The translations under genes were made by a program, and so were the position numbers. DNA of 63,643 nt, counting the filler, from Reclinomonas americana ATCC 50394 (Eukaryota): the NCBI GenBank assembly GCA_048213135.1. It is 10 parts of 10 records of this genome, joined end to end, with 100 filler letters (N's around TTAATTAATTAA, not from the genome) between each part and the next. Parts side by side here need not be neighbours in the genome. Positions count along the whole stretch, not along the records: positions 11,510 to 15,561 come from AFZH01020193.1; positions 15,662 to 43,297 come from AFZH01020195.1; 8 more parts are not named here. The stretch is one strand, 5' to 3'. The notes under the pieces are model-generated. The model made no database searches and was not told where the DNA came from. It was given only the letters and a program-made list of their open reading frames with translations. Each line of letters opens with the position of its first letter. Position 1 is the stretch's first letter. Shown piece after piece: positions 12,328 to 25,245 of this stretch.

Positions 12328-13904
12328 TGCACACACAGAATTCCACTGTCTGCTGCGACGAATGGATTTGCAGAAGTGCAGTGCCGCTCTCGCCACTCTC
12401 TTTCCCCTCGCGGTGACGATGTACTGTGGTGAAGTGGAGTAACTGGCCTTGGCATTGTGCTGATACAATAATGCGCGTTCATGAGCTGCCATCGTTCTCT
12501 CTCTCTCTCTATTCTCCCTTGCTCTCCTCTCTCTTTCACCTCGCATTCACACGCTGCGGCACACGGATACCCACGCAGGGAGGCGCGCGGTGGCCGCAGA
12601 AACCTGCGTCACTCATCGATCGCCAATCGCGGCGATCGTTGCCTGCCGGCGCCTTTCCGAATTCGAACCCGAATCGCACGCCTTGGCGACTGCGCTCTCG
12701 CGCTTCCTCATCCACCCTTGCTGCGATAGCGATATTGCGCACGAGAAAGCATATTCTTTTGCCGCTGGCTCTTCAGGTGCGTCGCGGCGAAGCGAGTTGC
12801 TCGGCGAACGTTCTTCTTGTGGTCGTTGTTTTGTTCGATTTGGGTTTGCCGGCCCACACCTCACTCTCTCTCTCTCTTCGCCCTCCTCTTTCTCCGCCCC
12901 GCCTGCAAGGGCATCTCTGTGCGCATGCACGCGCATGCAGCGACGCGCCACCCTCACAGTGCGTGAATGTCGATCTCCGTTCAAAAAAGGACAACTCGTC
13001 AGGCTGCTCGCTCTTTGTGCTCTCTCTCTTGCGAGAGGCAGCGGATGGTGCTGCCGGTTGTAGTGGTACCGTGCTCACTAATATTGTCTCGGTGAGCCAT
13101 CTTACACCTCACACACTCGCTTGCGCGCGTGCGGTCGGTTCGAGAAAAATATTCTTCGCTGCATGTTCGGATTGGCGCTGTTTCTTTTCTTCTTTTCTTT
13201 CGAGTGAGAAGAGAGCGGCGACGGCCGCGGCAGCGAGCACGACAGCCACACTGGGAGGATCGACCAGTTGGTGCACGTGCGTGCCCCGTGGTATTCTCAC
13301 GCAAGACGGAACGCAGAGAGCAGCAAGCACAAAATCTGAGCGAGTGTTCGAGTCTAAAAAAAAGAGAAAGACAGTGGCATAATCACCACCACAGCGCTGC
13401 AACGCGTGTGTTGTCTTCAGTTTGCTCACGCACTCGCCCGCAGGCGTGCACATGCGCACGCAGCAGCACCGGTGCGCTTTTTTTGTTGTCGCCAGCAACA
13501 CAACGTTAACGCAGCGCACATGCCACACACGCACCGCGCGCGCGCGTCCAGACACAGATATATGGCGCGCTCTTGCACTACATTAAGCCCCGCAGGAGAG
13601 CGCGTGTCGTCTGAATTTCGCGCTGCGGGGAATGCTCTCCATTTATATGCGGCCATGGCTTTTCACGCACAACAACCCACATTTTCACTCAGCGCACGCT
13701 GTTCTCTTTTTTCTATACACCACACACACACGCGCAAAGCAACAGCAAGAAAGGAGTTACAGACTATAGCAATCGTCTCTTTCTCTCTCTCTCTGTGTGC
13801 GTGCGTGCGTGAGCGACATATCGTGACACGCGCACGAGTGTGTGTGTGCGAAAGAGCAGCGTGTGTGCACTCTCTCTTCTCTCTCTCTCTTTCTTTCGCC
13901 TACC

Positions 13905-15561
13905 ATGTACCCACAACATCAACACCTTCAACAACAACAACAGCAGCAGCAACAGCAACAACAACAACAACAGCAACAAGCAGCGTATTTGAGCGCGTTC
14001 TTGGCACCTCCTCCACCTCCACCTCCACCTCCTCCACCAGCCCTTCCTCTGCAACAACAGCATGCCTCGCTCATGTCAATGATGGCCTCGTCGCATATGT
14101 CGCCATCCTCCATGCACAACCACGCAGTCACCATCCCGCTCTCCTCGCTCATGCCTCCTCCACCTCCACCTCCACCTCCACCTCCAAGTGCAACAACACC
14201 TCCAACAGCCATGGAGTACAGCAGTGGCGAGGACCACGCATCGTCGTCGTCGTCAAGACGCAAGAAGAACAAGCATCGACATCGACAGCAACACGAGGTG
14301 CCCGCGGAGCCTCTTGTACCCTCGATTGGTGGCTCCTCAACAGGGTGGCCTCTGACCATGCTCATGCCTTCTGCTGCTGCTGCTGCCTCGGTGCCTGTGT
14401 ACGGCTCGTGCGATGCGGCGTTTGAGCATGTGCGACAGGTGTTTGAGTCATTATTTGATCCGTGTACGACTGTGGAGATGGATGGGCGCGGGGAGGCTAG
14501 TGGAGTCGGGATGCATCTGGGAGCGGCGCTGGCGGTCTCGTGGCGAGGGCGTATGGTCGTTGATTTGTGGGGTGGTTATGTTGGCAGGGACCGCACGCAA
14601 GAGTTTCGTTGTCGCACCGGGTTTTGCTGTCGCCGAGAGCTCACCACCACCGGCTGTCAGATTCACGTCGGATACGCTGGTGAATGTGTTTTCGGTGACC
14701 AAGGCCGCCACGGCCTTGTGCACGCACATGCTGATTGAGAAGGGTCTGCTGGCGCTCGACGTGCCCGTGGCCGTGTGGTGGCCTGAATACGCCTGCGTTG
14801 CGTCTGTCTGCATTCCGTTGACAGCGCGAGTCTCTGCGTTTGGATGCTCACCGCTGGCCTCTGTGTGTCTGTGCGAGCGCAGAAGGGCAAGGAGAATACC
14901 ACGCTGCGGCACATGCTGTCGCACCAGTCGGGCGTTCCGGCTGTAAAGGAAAATCTCACGACCGATGTGCTGTTTAACTGGGATGCCATGGTCGGCCTGC
15001 TGGCGTCACAGGTGCGTGCTTGTTCTCGTGCTCATGAGAGGGTCGTGGGGGTGTGGGAAGTTGTGCGGGTTGCAATCAAAAGTGGATTTTCGGAGATTGT
15101 CGTCTTTCTTCTTTTTCCGTAAAGCCCTCGCTGTCTTTCTCTCTTTCTCTCTCTCTTTGCCTCAACTGCACATCTGCGGGCTCTCCTTTTTGCGTTTCAC
15201 TGGTTGCACGTCTCCGTTGTTGGCCTGTAATCATACATGCGATTCTGCTCCATGTTAGATTGGTCATCTTGGAAAACAACCCGTACCCTGTATCTGACCT
15301 GCCTCTTTCAGGAACCATGGTGGGAGCCGGGCACCGCGAGAGGCTACCACAGCATGACATTCGGCTTCCTGGTGGGGGAAGTAATGCGACGGGCCACGGG
15401 TGGCCGCAGTGTGGCCGAGATTTTTCGGCAAGAAATTGTCAGTCGTCTCGGCGACGTTGACTTCCATTTTGGAGCAGACGACGCTGCGCCCGGTGACGAT
15501 GTGTGGTCGAGAATATCGTCGATGGTGCCCTCGTTGCGTACGCCTCTCCTGTCACGCGCCA
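13905..15561 (+). CDS. Serine hydrolase of the beta-lactamase class C / family VIII esterase type, with polyQ/polyP N-terminal extension; 3' partial
   Basis: G.C..AF..VR..F, GAALAV..RG..VVDLWGG, DTLVNVFSVTK (SxxK), WWPEY.Q.GKE..TLRH.LSHQSG, EPWWEPGTARGYHSMTFGFLVGE; 4 introns. Confidence 0.92.
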
Positions 15562-15661
15562 NNNNNNNNNNNNNNNNNNNNNNNNNNNNNNNNNNNNNNN
15601 NNNNNTTAATTAATTAANNNNNNNNNNNNNNNNNNNNNNNNNNNNNNNNNNNNNNNNNNNN

Positions 15662-18600
15662 TCGAGGCCAGCGACAGATGACCGTCGTCAAAGAGCGGCG
15701 TTGAGCGGCCGACAGCCTCGCTGAGACCGCCAACAGTCGCAGTCATGAGACTGGCGGCGTGCATGGACCATCGCCGGTCGACCACAATGTCAGAGCTGCC
15801 ACTGGGTGCTTGCTGGTACCGGTGGTGGTGGTGGTGGTGGTGGTGATGGCCGTGAGTCTCGGCATCGGGACTGGGGGTTGCGCGCTCTTGCATCCAGGGA
15901 GCAAATACAGGCGACTGGCGAGTTATCACGCGAGAACTGCGGCAACAACAGTGGTGAGAACGGATATGCTGTTTCACACGTGTGTGGATCTCCATTCACG
16001 AAGAAGCAACGAAGACTCCTCACCTTGGCGATTTTGACTGGCGGTGTGCGTTACGTGAGGGAAATGGTGATCGTGAGGCAGCCGGTGGCGGTGTTCTTTG
16101 GCGACCCTGCGGTGGTTGCTGCTGTGGTTGTTGTTGCTGTGGTTGTGAGCCGCGAAGCGCAAACTCCGCCTGCGCCAACACCTGTGCTTGGTACATCAGC
16201 TGCTGCTGTTGTGAGGGTGGTCGACCAGAGACCGGCGGCGTGTTTTGCCGTCGCGAGGGAAGTGTCGGAGCGAATACAGGAAGCTGTGTGCGAGTCGCCG
16301 TCAGAAAATGCAAGCGCCAGCGGTGAACATTAATGTCGCACTGCCGCACTCACCGGATTGTAACGGTGCTCCAGCACCAGCATGTCCATCATGCTGCGCG
16401 GCGGCGAGGTTGCGTCCAGCGGGGATTCGGCAGCCTCCGAGGACGGGGCCGTCTGCACATAGTCGGAGGCCACAACCGAGTCATCCAGGTGCACGTACTC
16501 GTACGAGGCACGGCTGGAGGCTCGTGAGCTGGGACGCACGGCCGACGACGACGAAGACGACATGGGTCGAGAGGGCATGCTAATCGAAGGCGTCACCACA
16601 TTCAGCGGCAGTACAGACCGCCCACCGCCGGTGCGCTGACTGATGTTGAGTTCACCGTCGAGCGCGGCGTTTGCGTCGGGTGAGCTCTCAAGGGGCGCAC
16701 CGAGGAGGTAATTTGGTGGCACTGCGACAGGGTAGGGGGATCGCGAATAAGGCCAACGGCACACACCAATGCCACCAAGTCAACACACACGAACCACGGT
16801 GGAAGAGCGACGAAGGTACGCGGTCAAGCGCAGTGGAGGCGCGTGTGTTGCCGCCCACTGAGGACGACGCAGATAGACCGCGGGAGCGTGGCATCGGCAA
16901 TGGCATTTGCGCCAGTTCGTCCCTCTCCGGCGCACCCTGCTCCGCTTCCTCGGTGGCATACGGATCGTCGCCGGGGGTGGGCATCAGGAAAAACGCCACA
17001 TCACGACCGTCGCCCTCCGAGGAGCGGCGGTAGACGTTGTACGAGGAGTGCAGCACATTGTAGGAGGTGCGGCCGACTCGCCGAGGCGCAGTCTGCGGCG
17101 CTTGATTGAAGCGATGCAACGCCTGCTGCGGGTCGGTGACCGTGAACTCGGGCTACACACGCACGGCCAGTGAGGGGAGAGTGAGGGTGAGAAGAGAGTG
17201 GACGGTGCGCTGCCGCACCTTGGCAGGTACAGTGAACCAACGCAGTGGCACCACTGCGCCCTGTTCTGCCGCCGCTGAGGTTGACCTCAGGAGGCGAGCA
17301 GGCGACGTGGTACCGCTTGACGGCCGCACCGGCAACGACGCATTCAACTGCTCATCTTGCATGCTGGTGATGAACACTCCCGGACCGCTGCTACTGTTGG
17401 CGCCATTAACTGCACAATAATCAAGACGCAGTCACAACGTAGTTCTGCAAGCACCACCGCCTGCATCGCTCGCTGCCTACCGTGCACGAGAGCACTGCCG
17501 GAGCGCCGCCCAATGGTGGCCGACGAGAGTCTCGGGGGAGCTGGCGACGTAAACAGCGACAGTGGCAGTGAGTGAAACAGGTCACCAACACAACGCATGA
17601 GAGAGAATGCATCGCGCACCGGGAGCCACGCTGACGGGAGCCATGTGCAAGGGCGCCCAACCGGGTGAGTAATCGTGTCCAGGGTTATGGCCACTGCAGC
17701 GATGGTAAGCATTAATTCACCAACGAGAGGAGAAAGGGAGGGGCCAAGCGTTGTCGACGCACCGTGCAGCATTCAGAGTCGACGCAAACCCTTCGCTTGC
17801 GAGAATGAACTTGCCAGTCCAATTGGCATTGTCAATAAACTGTGACAGAGAGAAATGTTAGCGCAGACGATACGGCGGCATCTCTCAGCACAGGAAACGC
17901 ACCACTCGCAAGTCTGTGCTCCATGGCCGTGAGCTTCCAGACTTGAATTCCTGTTCGTCGGCATCGGATCTGTGCAAAGGAGGAAAAAGTCATGTTGCAG
18001 TTGACACGAAGCGACAGCGATCGAGTCACGCAACTCGCTGGAGAACAAAAACGTCCAGAATCCACGCGGATTCCACAACAGACATCGTGACTCGATCTGT
18101 GCAACGAACGAGCCGACGAACAGCGATAAGAAGCGCTGACACAGGAAGAGGTCACAGAAAAAAGAGTGCGCGCACCAACACAGTATGATCGCGCCACGAG
18201 GGAATGACGACGCTGAGTTGAGTTGGCATCGACAGCCCAGGCGCTGGTGCGAGGCGCCTGGCAATGTATCCGTCGAGCACAGCCTTTTTCGATTTGAGAA
18301 TCACCTGCTCCCCGACTCTCGGCTCGTGATGCTCCACGTTCTTGTGTCGCTTCTGGTATTTCACCGGTTTGTCCTCGACGTGCTTGTTCAGATCGACACT
18401 GTGCACAGCAGGCATGGTGAGCACACTGAAGGCGGGAGAGACGGGGGAAGACGATTGCAGCAGCAGCAGCACTTGCCATTTCGTATTGAAACGTGCTCGG
18501 TTGCTGGTGCTGGTGCTCGACATGTCCAGCGTCGCTGTGCACGAGTTGAGGCAACGAAAGATTGGCACTGCAAAAGGAGTGCACACACCTTCCGACGCGG

Positions 18601-21600
18601 CTGACGGCGAGGCTGCCGAGGGTCGGCGGCTCGGTCGCGCAGAGGCGGACGACTTTTTCATGGCCGCCGGGATGTGTGGCAGGGAGATGGATTGTAGGAT
18701 TTCGGGTCTGCGCCGAGAATAGTGAGACACCGTCGTTTTCACGTGCGCCAGAGTTGAGCCGCACGCAACAGTTCGACTTCTGGTCTGGAGATCTCCCGCA
18801 GTGGGCCAAGGAGTTCCATGGCGCGCGGATTCGACCAGGTTTCCGTTTGCTGGAAGAGGGTGAGGGCGGCGCGGGCCAGCCACATCATCTTGAATTCGTC
18901 TGCGGAAGAGGGAGGGTGAGGGGGAAGGAGGAGAGGGAGGAGGAAAGGGGAGGAGACAGGCATCATGTGAAGAATAAGCCTCTCTGCTGAACAACAATGA
19001 GGAGGGGGGAATAGTGTGAATGAAAGAAGTACAACAACGAGAAAGACAGCTGTTGAAAGGGCCACTCAGGAGAACATGTCAGAAAGGTTGCGCGCTGTCG
19101 CTGGGCGGAGCAGTTTAGAGGAAAGACAGCAGAACAGCCACGGAATTCCCGGCACCCGTGAGCAGCAAAGACACAGACAGAAGCCTCGCCGGTGGAACAT
19201 GTCAGAGAGGTAACGCCTCGTCGCCAGACGGAGCAGTTCAGAGTAAAAAGAGCAGAACAGCCACGGAATTCCAGGCGCCCGTGAGCGGCAAAGATACAGA
19301 AAGAAGCCACTCGGGTGGAACATGTCAGAAAGGTAGCAGTTCAGAAGAAAGAGAGCAGAACAGCCACGGAATTCCCAGCGCCCGTGAGCGGCAAAGATAC
19401 AGAAAGAAGCCTTTTCGGTGGAACATGTCAGAAAGGTAGCGCCCAGTCGCCAGACGCTGGAAGCAGGAAGCAAGAGAGAAGAAGAGACAAAAGTCACCAA
19501 CGAATGACAACAAATGAAACCATGAAGGTAGAAGACTATGACGGAATCGAAAGAGAAGCGCCCTGTCGCCAGACACTGGAAGCAGGAAGCTTCTCTACCG
19601 GCGATTAAGAGGAAGGGAGAGATACTTGGGAACGAAAGAAACACAACCGTCGGACTATAGCCTGAACTCAAGAGAGAGGGGAGTCGAAAGAGAAGTACCC
19701 CGTCGACAGACACTGGAAGCAGGAAGCTTCTCTGCTGTCCGATCCAGATCCCGAACAATTCTATGGTGCCTTTTTCTTCCGTGCAACACGCGCACGCACC
19801 TGCTACATCCTTGCCAAACACTCGCGTGAGCGACAGTACCCGAGATTCGGTCAAAATCTGTTCGTCGAGCAGCACCAGCAACGACATCCAGGCGAAATCC
19901 GGGTACGCCGCCAGCGCCTCGGCAATCGGCACTGCGGTGCTCACATTCCACTTGGAGCCGGCCACGAAAATATTAACGGCCGTCTCCATCTGAAGTAGCT
20001 GCGTCAGCACCCTGGCTCACAGAAGAAAGCACGTGCTTGCACATCATCACACGGACCCGCAGTTTTCGCGGCACCGGGAAATGCAGCACGGAGAACATGA
20101 GGATGCCGAGGGCGTCCATTTGCTCACTGGAGAACACCGTGAGGAACGAGAAGGGGCTCTTGTCCGTGACTTTGAAACTGTGCCCATCATGTCAGTCAGC
20201 ACACTACACTGCGGAAACGAACACAGTCTCGGAAAGACGGACTCAACGACGTCACGAATTGCCCGTCGGTGTTCAACCGCAGCAGCTCGCACCGCTCAAA
20301 GTGGGTGGCGACATATTTGAGTCGCAAGCGATCCACGACTGTGATACAAGTAGGAAATGTCACGCGTGCATCCCACGAGAAAAGGAAGTCGACAACAGCA
20401 AAACGTACATGGCGACCGAGTGGCCTGGTGGCCAAACTTCTCCAGAAACTCCACAGCCAGCGGCGCCAGTCGTTCCTTATCCAGTGGTCGACCATCGTCG
20501 TCTTCGTCGCCACCACTCTGAGCACCCAACGACGCCTCCGCATCACCGATCATCTATCACGACATCATAAGCAACACAGTACAGTCGTGCGCAACCGACA
20601 GCACGCATGCATGCACACCTGCTGGACGTATGCCGGGTTCGCTTGTGCGAATGCGTGCGCTCGCATCCGCTCCTCGTACGTAACGAACTTGCCATCGAGA
20701 ATCCACACGAGCGGCAACAGATGCACCAGCAGGAGTCGATCTACTCAACACACAGCTTCAGCGTGTGGCGAAGCAACAAAAGGACTCGACTACGGTGCGC
20801 AACATTCAACCACCGAGCACAGTGGATTATCGCGCACATCCAGCTCCACAATGTGCACTCGTCGCAGCCGCAGCACCTCCTCAAACGCCAAGTCATTCCC
20901 ACGCAGAATCACCTGTCCCCACGCCCGCACACCGCCTCCACTCAGTGCCTCGGCCACGCGCGTCAACCGATTATGCGCGGCATCGATATCCCACAGACAC
21001 AGAGTCGACAGTGGAGCAAAGGTCTCCGCCGGAAGCTCCCGCAACGAGTTCAGCGACACATCCAGGCGTTCCATTCTCGAAAATATCGATAGATCAGTGC
21101 CGCTCATGATATCTGAGTGGAGTGAAATGGTGAGAAAGTGTGAGGAAGTGTGAGGAAGTGTGTGAAAGTGTGAGAAAGTGTGAGAAAGGGTGAGGAAGTG
21201 TGAGAAAGGGTGAGAAAGTGTGTGAAGCGTACGCAGTTCTTCTGTCTCTCTCCTGTCTTCTCTCTTCTCTCTCTCTCTCTCACTCTGTGTGCGTGTGTGT
21301 TGCTCACCGAGGTTGGCGTTTCGCAGGGAGACTATGCGGACGGCATCGGGAGGCGTCGCACTGCCGAGCATGGCCAGCAGTCGCGGCTGAGTCAGCACGC
21401 GAGATGAAGGCAACACCGACTGTAGTTGTTGTTGTTGTTGCTGCTGTTCTGCTGTTGCTTTTGCCTTGGTGCGTGCCTTGGCGCGAGAGGAAGACGAGGG
21501 TGCTGGCGCGAGGACGATTTGTGTGGGCGACGGCACGCGCAGCTCCAGCATCGCCGAGGTCATCGACAGCGGAGAGCCGCCAAGAGTCGAGGGTGACATG

Positions 21601-21677
21601 GGGTCGCCGTCGAGAGAGAGAGGAGAGGGCGGAGGCCTGTCAGCCTCGGCAGGCGGGGCTGCTGGTGCTGCCGACAT
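15662..21677 (-). CDS. Large LRR (SDS22-like) + LRRcap protein with long low-complexity C-terminus; 3' partial
   Basis: ATG at 21677. LRRs ERLDVSLNSLREL, DIDAAHNRLTRV, VILRGNDL, ELDVRDNPL; LRRcap-like LLPLVWILDGKFVTYEERMRA. Exons joined by short GT..AG introns continue through 20010, 18900, 17840 and 17377 to the gap. Confidence 0.75.
19070..19740. repeat. Intronic tandem repeat (~122 bp unit, 3-4 copies) plus two ~55 bp direct repeats
   Basis: gaacatgtcag at ~19073, 19195, 19318 and 19421, with cagaacagccacggaattcc in the first three units; cgaaagagaag...gacactggaagcaggaagcttctct at ~19547 and ~19685. Confidence 0.9.
21128..21225. repeat. ~11-bp minisatellite (gtgag(a/g)aagtgt) in an LRR gene intron
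   Basis: About 9 tandem copies. Confidence 0.85.
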
Positions 21678-21910
21678 CGCAACCGATCAACCACCGGGAC
21701 AAAGCGGGACAGAAAGTGCGCTCGCGCATGTGTCTGTCTTTCGTGATCGGCGTACAGCGTGTGACGGAGACTCTTTGCTTGCCGCGTTGCGTTGAAGCAG
21801 AGGGAGAAAGTAATAGAACGTGACTTACGCTCTTTGTAGACTTATTGAAAAAGGTTTCACGGCATGTTGTCATGACAGGATTCTGGTGGTTGTTCGAATT
21901 CGTGTTGGCA
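21678..21910. promoter_or_regulatory. Probable bidirectional promoter between the LRR gene and the RBR E3 gene
   Basis: Divergent ATGs 233 bp apart. Confidence 0.5.
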
Positions 21911-24259
21911 ATGGGCTCCGCGCACTCGCTCAATGCTGCTGCACCAGCTCGCCTTCCGCCTTTCAGTTGCGAGTGGCGACTGTTAACACTTCGTGCGCTC
22001 GTCACGCAAATTTCTTCTCGCTGTGTGTCACAGGCGCGTCCCGCACCGACGCAACCTCACGCAACTCGGCCATCGGTGCGGGCGGCACCCGTGCAGGCTC
22101 AAGCTCTGCAGCAGCTGGTGCTCTGCCACCAACGAGCGCGTCAGCATCTGCGCAATCACAAGCAGGTGATCCGAGTTGCTTTTTGTGACGCATCTTCCCA
22201 GTGTGTTCACTTGCCGTCGCAGCACATGGATCATCGACAACAAGCACTACCGCCAGTGGTGGTGGTCCTCCCACGAACGCACCGACGTTTGATGCCCAAG
22301 GTCGACTCATCTCGCCAGTACCGTTTCATTTGCAGCTGCCAGTCGAGCCAGTTGTTGTCACTCGGCAGCAGCAGCAGCCGCAGCCGCAGCAGCCATTGGC
22401 GCCACCTGCCACTCGTTCTCCTCCCCAAGTGCCTCCTCCGCCGTATGTGCCTCCCGCAAATCCACAACGTGCTCGGTCACCATTGAGACGGCCACCACCA
22501 CCACCACCACCACCACCACCACCGCCGCCGCCAATCGTGCATCTGCTGGCTCAGCCACCGCCGCCGCCGCCTCCAATTGCATCTCCAGTGCAACCGGCGT
22601 CAGCTGCAGTGCCTCGGCAGCCTCAGCCTGCTCCTGCCGCAAGGCCCTTGGGGTCTGAGCAACACCGACCTCCAGTGCCTGCTGCTTCGCAGGCGAGTGC
22701 ACGAGTTTCCCCGATGCGCAACATACGAGACGACAGTGATGATGACGGAGGCGTAGGTTTGGGTGTGCCGTCGTTGTGAATGCAGGGCTTGCCAAGTAAC
22801 TTCTTCAACTCGCGCGCAGATGCGAGTCTGCCACCTCCCCAGGGTCGACGACGACAACGGTCGCGGCGGCGGCGGCGGCAGTCGCTTGAGCATGTGCCTG
22901 TCGATGCGGCTGCAGGAGAATTGGGTGCGTCGAGCTCTTCACACTCGTCGCCGTCGTCATCTGCAGGATGTTGCGCATATATGCTGACTTCGCTCCTGAT
23001 ATCTGCGCCCTATAGTGCCACCCGCGACGGGAAGCGCAAGCTCTGCAGCAGCAGAACAGCCTGTCGTCAGACAGGCGCCCAGTTCGGCGCCCGTTGATTC
23101 CACCCTGATGTGTCAGATATGTATGACTGCAGGGCTGCCAACTTGCTTTCGACTGCCGTGCAATCACGGCATCTGCGATGAATGGTTGGTTTGAGTTGAT
23201 GGTGACCAAGCGACGCTGTGCTGCATTAGGCATTCGGTGCCACCACTGCTGTGTTGCACGACTCATGTACGTGTGTTCACCTGCACTGCGCAGTCTGCGA
23301 GAAACATTCCGAGATCACATGCAGCGTCACGTCGATCGACCTGTTCTCTGTGCCACAGCTGGATGTCGGCAGGGTTAGTTATCGCTTTGCTCGCAGGTTC
23401 GAATGGTGGCAGTCACACGCTGACTCGCAAATATTTGCAGAAATCCCGGAAGTCCTCATTCGACAGTGCTGCGCTTCTGATTTGCACGACCAGTTGACGG
23501 AGTACGAAAACGTTCTGAATCAGCACTTTCTGCGAAGCCGAAGTACCGCCGCGCGGCCCTGTCCTTCGGTGCGCAGCGTTTGGTTACATGACTGGCGCAT
23601 ATTAGAGAGCAGTAGCAACACGTTGGGCTTATCAGTTGTCCCTTCGAATTCACCAGTGCGGGCGACTTTGCGAACCAGTTAGCAGGCGTATCCCAGATGC
23701 TCGCTGTGGTTGTGGAACTCGTTTTTGTGTTCGCTGCGGCGGACAATGGAGAGCACCGTTTTCCTTCGCGACCTTGGGCTCAAGATCACAATCCTGCGGC
23801 AACGCTGACTGTGTGTCGCCCAGTCAGCTTCTCTTGCAATCACCAACCAAGGTTCGGCACTAATTGTTGCTTCTCACACGCCTTTACAGTCAGCAATACT
23901 TTCTTGGCGTCTCAGTGTTGTTTGCATCGCCACCTTCAGCGAATATGGCCAAACGATGATGCGCTTGTTCCGCAACGAAGAGCTTGCCCTTCGTGTCATC
24001 ACATTCAAGGTACGTGTGTGTGTGTGTGTGCTCTTTTTCATGCTGATGCTCGAAAGGATTGACTCTGCTGCGCATTTCACCATCCGCAAACGTAGAACAT
24101 GGTGAAGGCTGCAAGCACATGAAGTGCCATGGTTGTCAGGCAGAATATTGCATGAGATGTCTTGCTGTCAAGACTACCGGCGGATGGCCAGCTGCGTGTG
24201 GTTCATTTAGTACTCCGTGCGCCGTTGTGCCTGTTCAGGAACTGTCCGAGGAAGAGTAA
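21911..24259 (+). CDS. RBR (RING1-IBR-RING2) E3 ubiquitin ligase with MGxxxS myristoylation motif and Pro-rich N-terminus
   Basis: MGSAHS start; RING1 CQICMTAGLPTCFRLPCNHGICDE|C...CATAGC; IBR CPS|CGRLC...RCGCGTRFCVRC; RING2 CPSCHHIQ|EHGEGCKHMKCHGCQAEYCMRC, with the catalytic-type GCxHMxC motif; TAA ending at 24259. Confidence 0.9.
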
Positions 24260-24385
24260 CCTGGCAGTAAAACGTTCGGAGGCAACGTGAATCTCATCGA
24301 AAGACAGCTCGAGATGTCTCTTCATTTCAACTGAGAGTTTACTGATTCAGAAGAGGTAGGAGATACCACGATGTAACTACTCGAC

Positions 24386-25245
24386 TCACGGAGCTTGCTG
24401 TTGACCGCGGAGAGAAACTCTCGCAACGATCTCGGGAAGAAGGTTCGCCAAACCAGCAAACGACGCCGTTGCCAACACATCGTCGGACAGTTGCCGGAAG
24501 GTGTCGCGCTTCGGACTCGGTCCGACTGCCACCACAAGCACGAGCGTCATTCGACTCTGGTCGGCCTTCCAGGCATCGTAAATTGCTTTCGCGCCAGCTG
24601 GATCCGCATCACCGTCCTGCCGACAGCATGCAGTGCGTAACGGGTTCAGTGTTACACTCAGAAGCATCATGAATAGGGGTTAGAAAGCAAGTACTCACAG
24701 TCATCAACACGACAATACGCGGACCATCTCGGACATTAGCAGCGAAGAGGTCGCGCGCATAGCTGAATGGGGGAGTAAAGTTGGTCCCCCCATTTGACTG
24801 CGCCATGCCGTCAATCAGCTGATGCAAGTTCGCGAGATTGGTGTTGAAGCCCTGGGTAACAGGATGATTGGCGCTGTTGAATTTGGAGATGGCCACACGC
24901 GATTGCTGACGGATCTTAATAGTAAGCAGCAGCGCCGGGGCAGCTAACTCATCTCTTCACGCAACATTGGGGGCGATTGGGAACTGAGCGTTAATACTGA
25001 TCAACAGCTACAAATACATCAGGTAGGAGCGGAGTCAGCAGAGTTCTCAAGCAAGACAACGGAGAGTGTGGTACGTATTACCTCGTTGGCAAATCGCTTG
25101 ACATGATTCTGGAAGTCGTCTGCATTAATCGACCCGCTTTCGTCCAACAAGAGCTAACAGTAGGGCGCTTCCACATCAGCAAGTGGCACAGAAGGGCAAG
25201 AGATATACATCGATGCAACGAATTGCGTACCACAATATCCAGCTC
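24386..25245 (-). other. vWA domain with intact MIDAS (DxSxS...T...D) at the C-terminus of the giant gene
   Basis: ELDIV|LLLDESGSINADDF, RVAISKFNS, GGTNFTPPF, RIVVLMT|DGDAD, LVVAVG. Confidence 0.92.

Noticed and set aside
12640..12720. tRNA-like GGTTCGAATTC box on the minus strand (similar box near 6025-6035)
   Set aside because: The T-stem does not pair and no cloverleaf can be drawn.
19070..19480. Regularly spaced repeats as a CRISPR-like array
   Set aside because: The inter-repeat segments are homologous to each other (tandem duplication); it lies in a eukaryotic intron with no cas genes.
25150..25235. Apparent in-frame TAG before LLLDESGS (also before PEFT at ~17153), suggesting stop-codon reassignment
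   Set aside because: These TAGs are intron acceptors; genes end normally in TAA or TGA.
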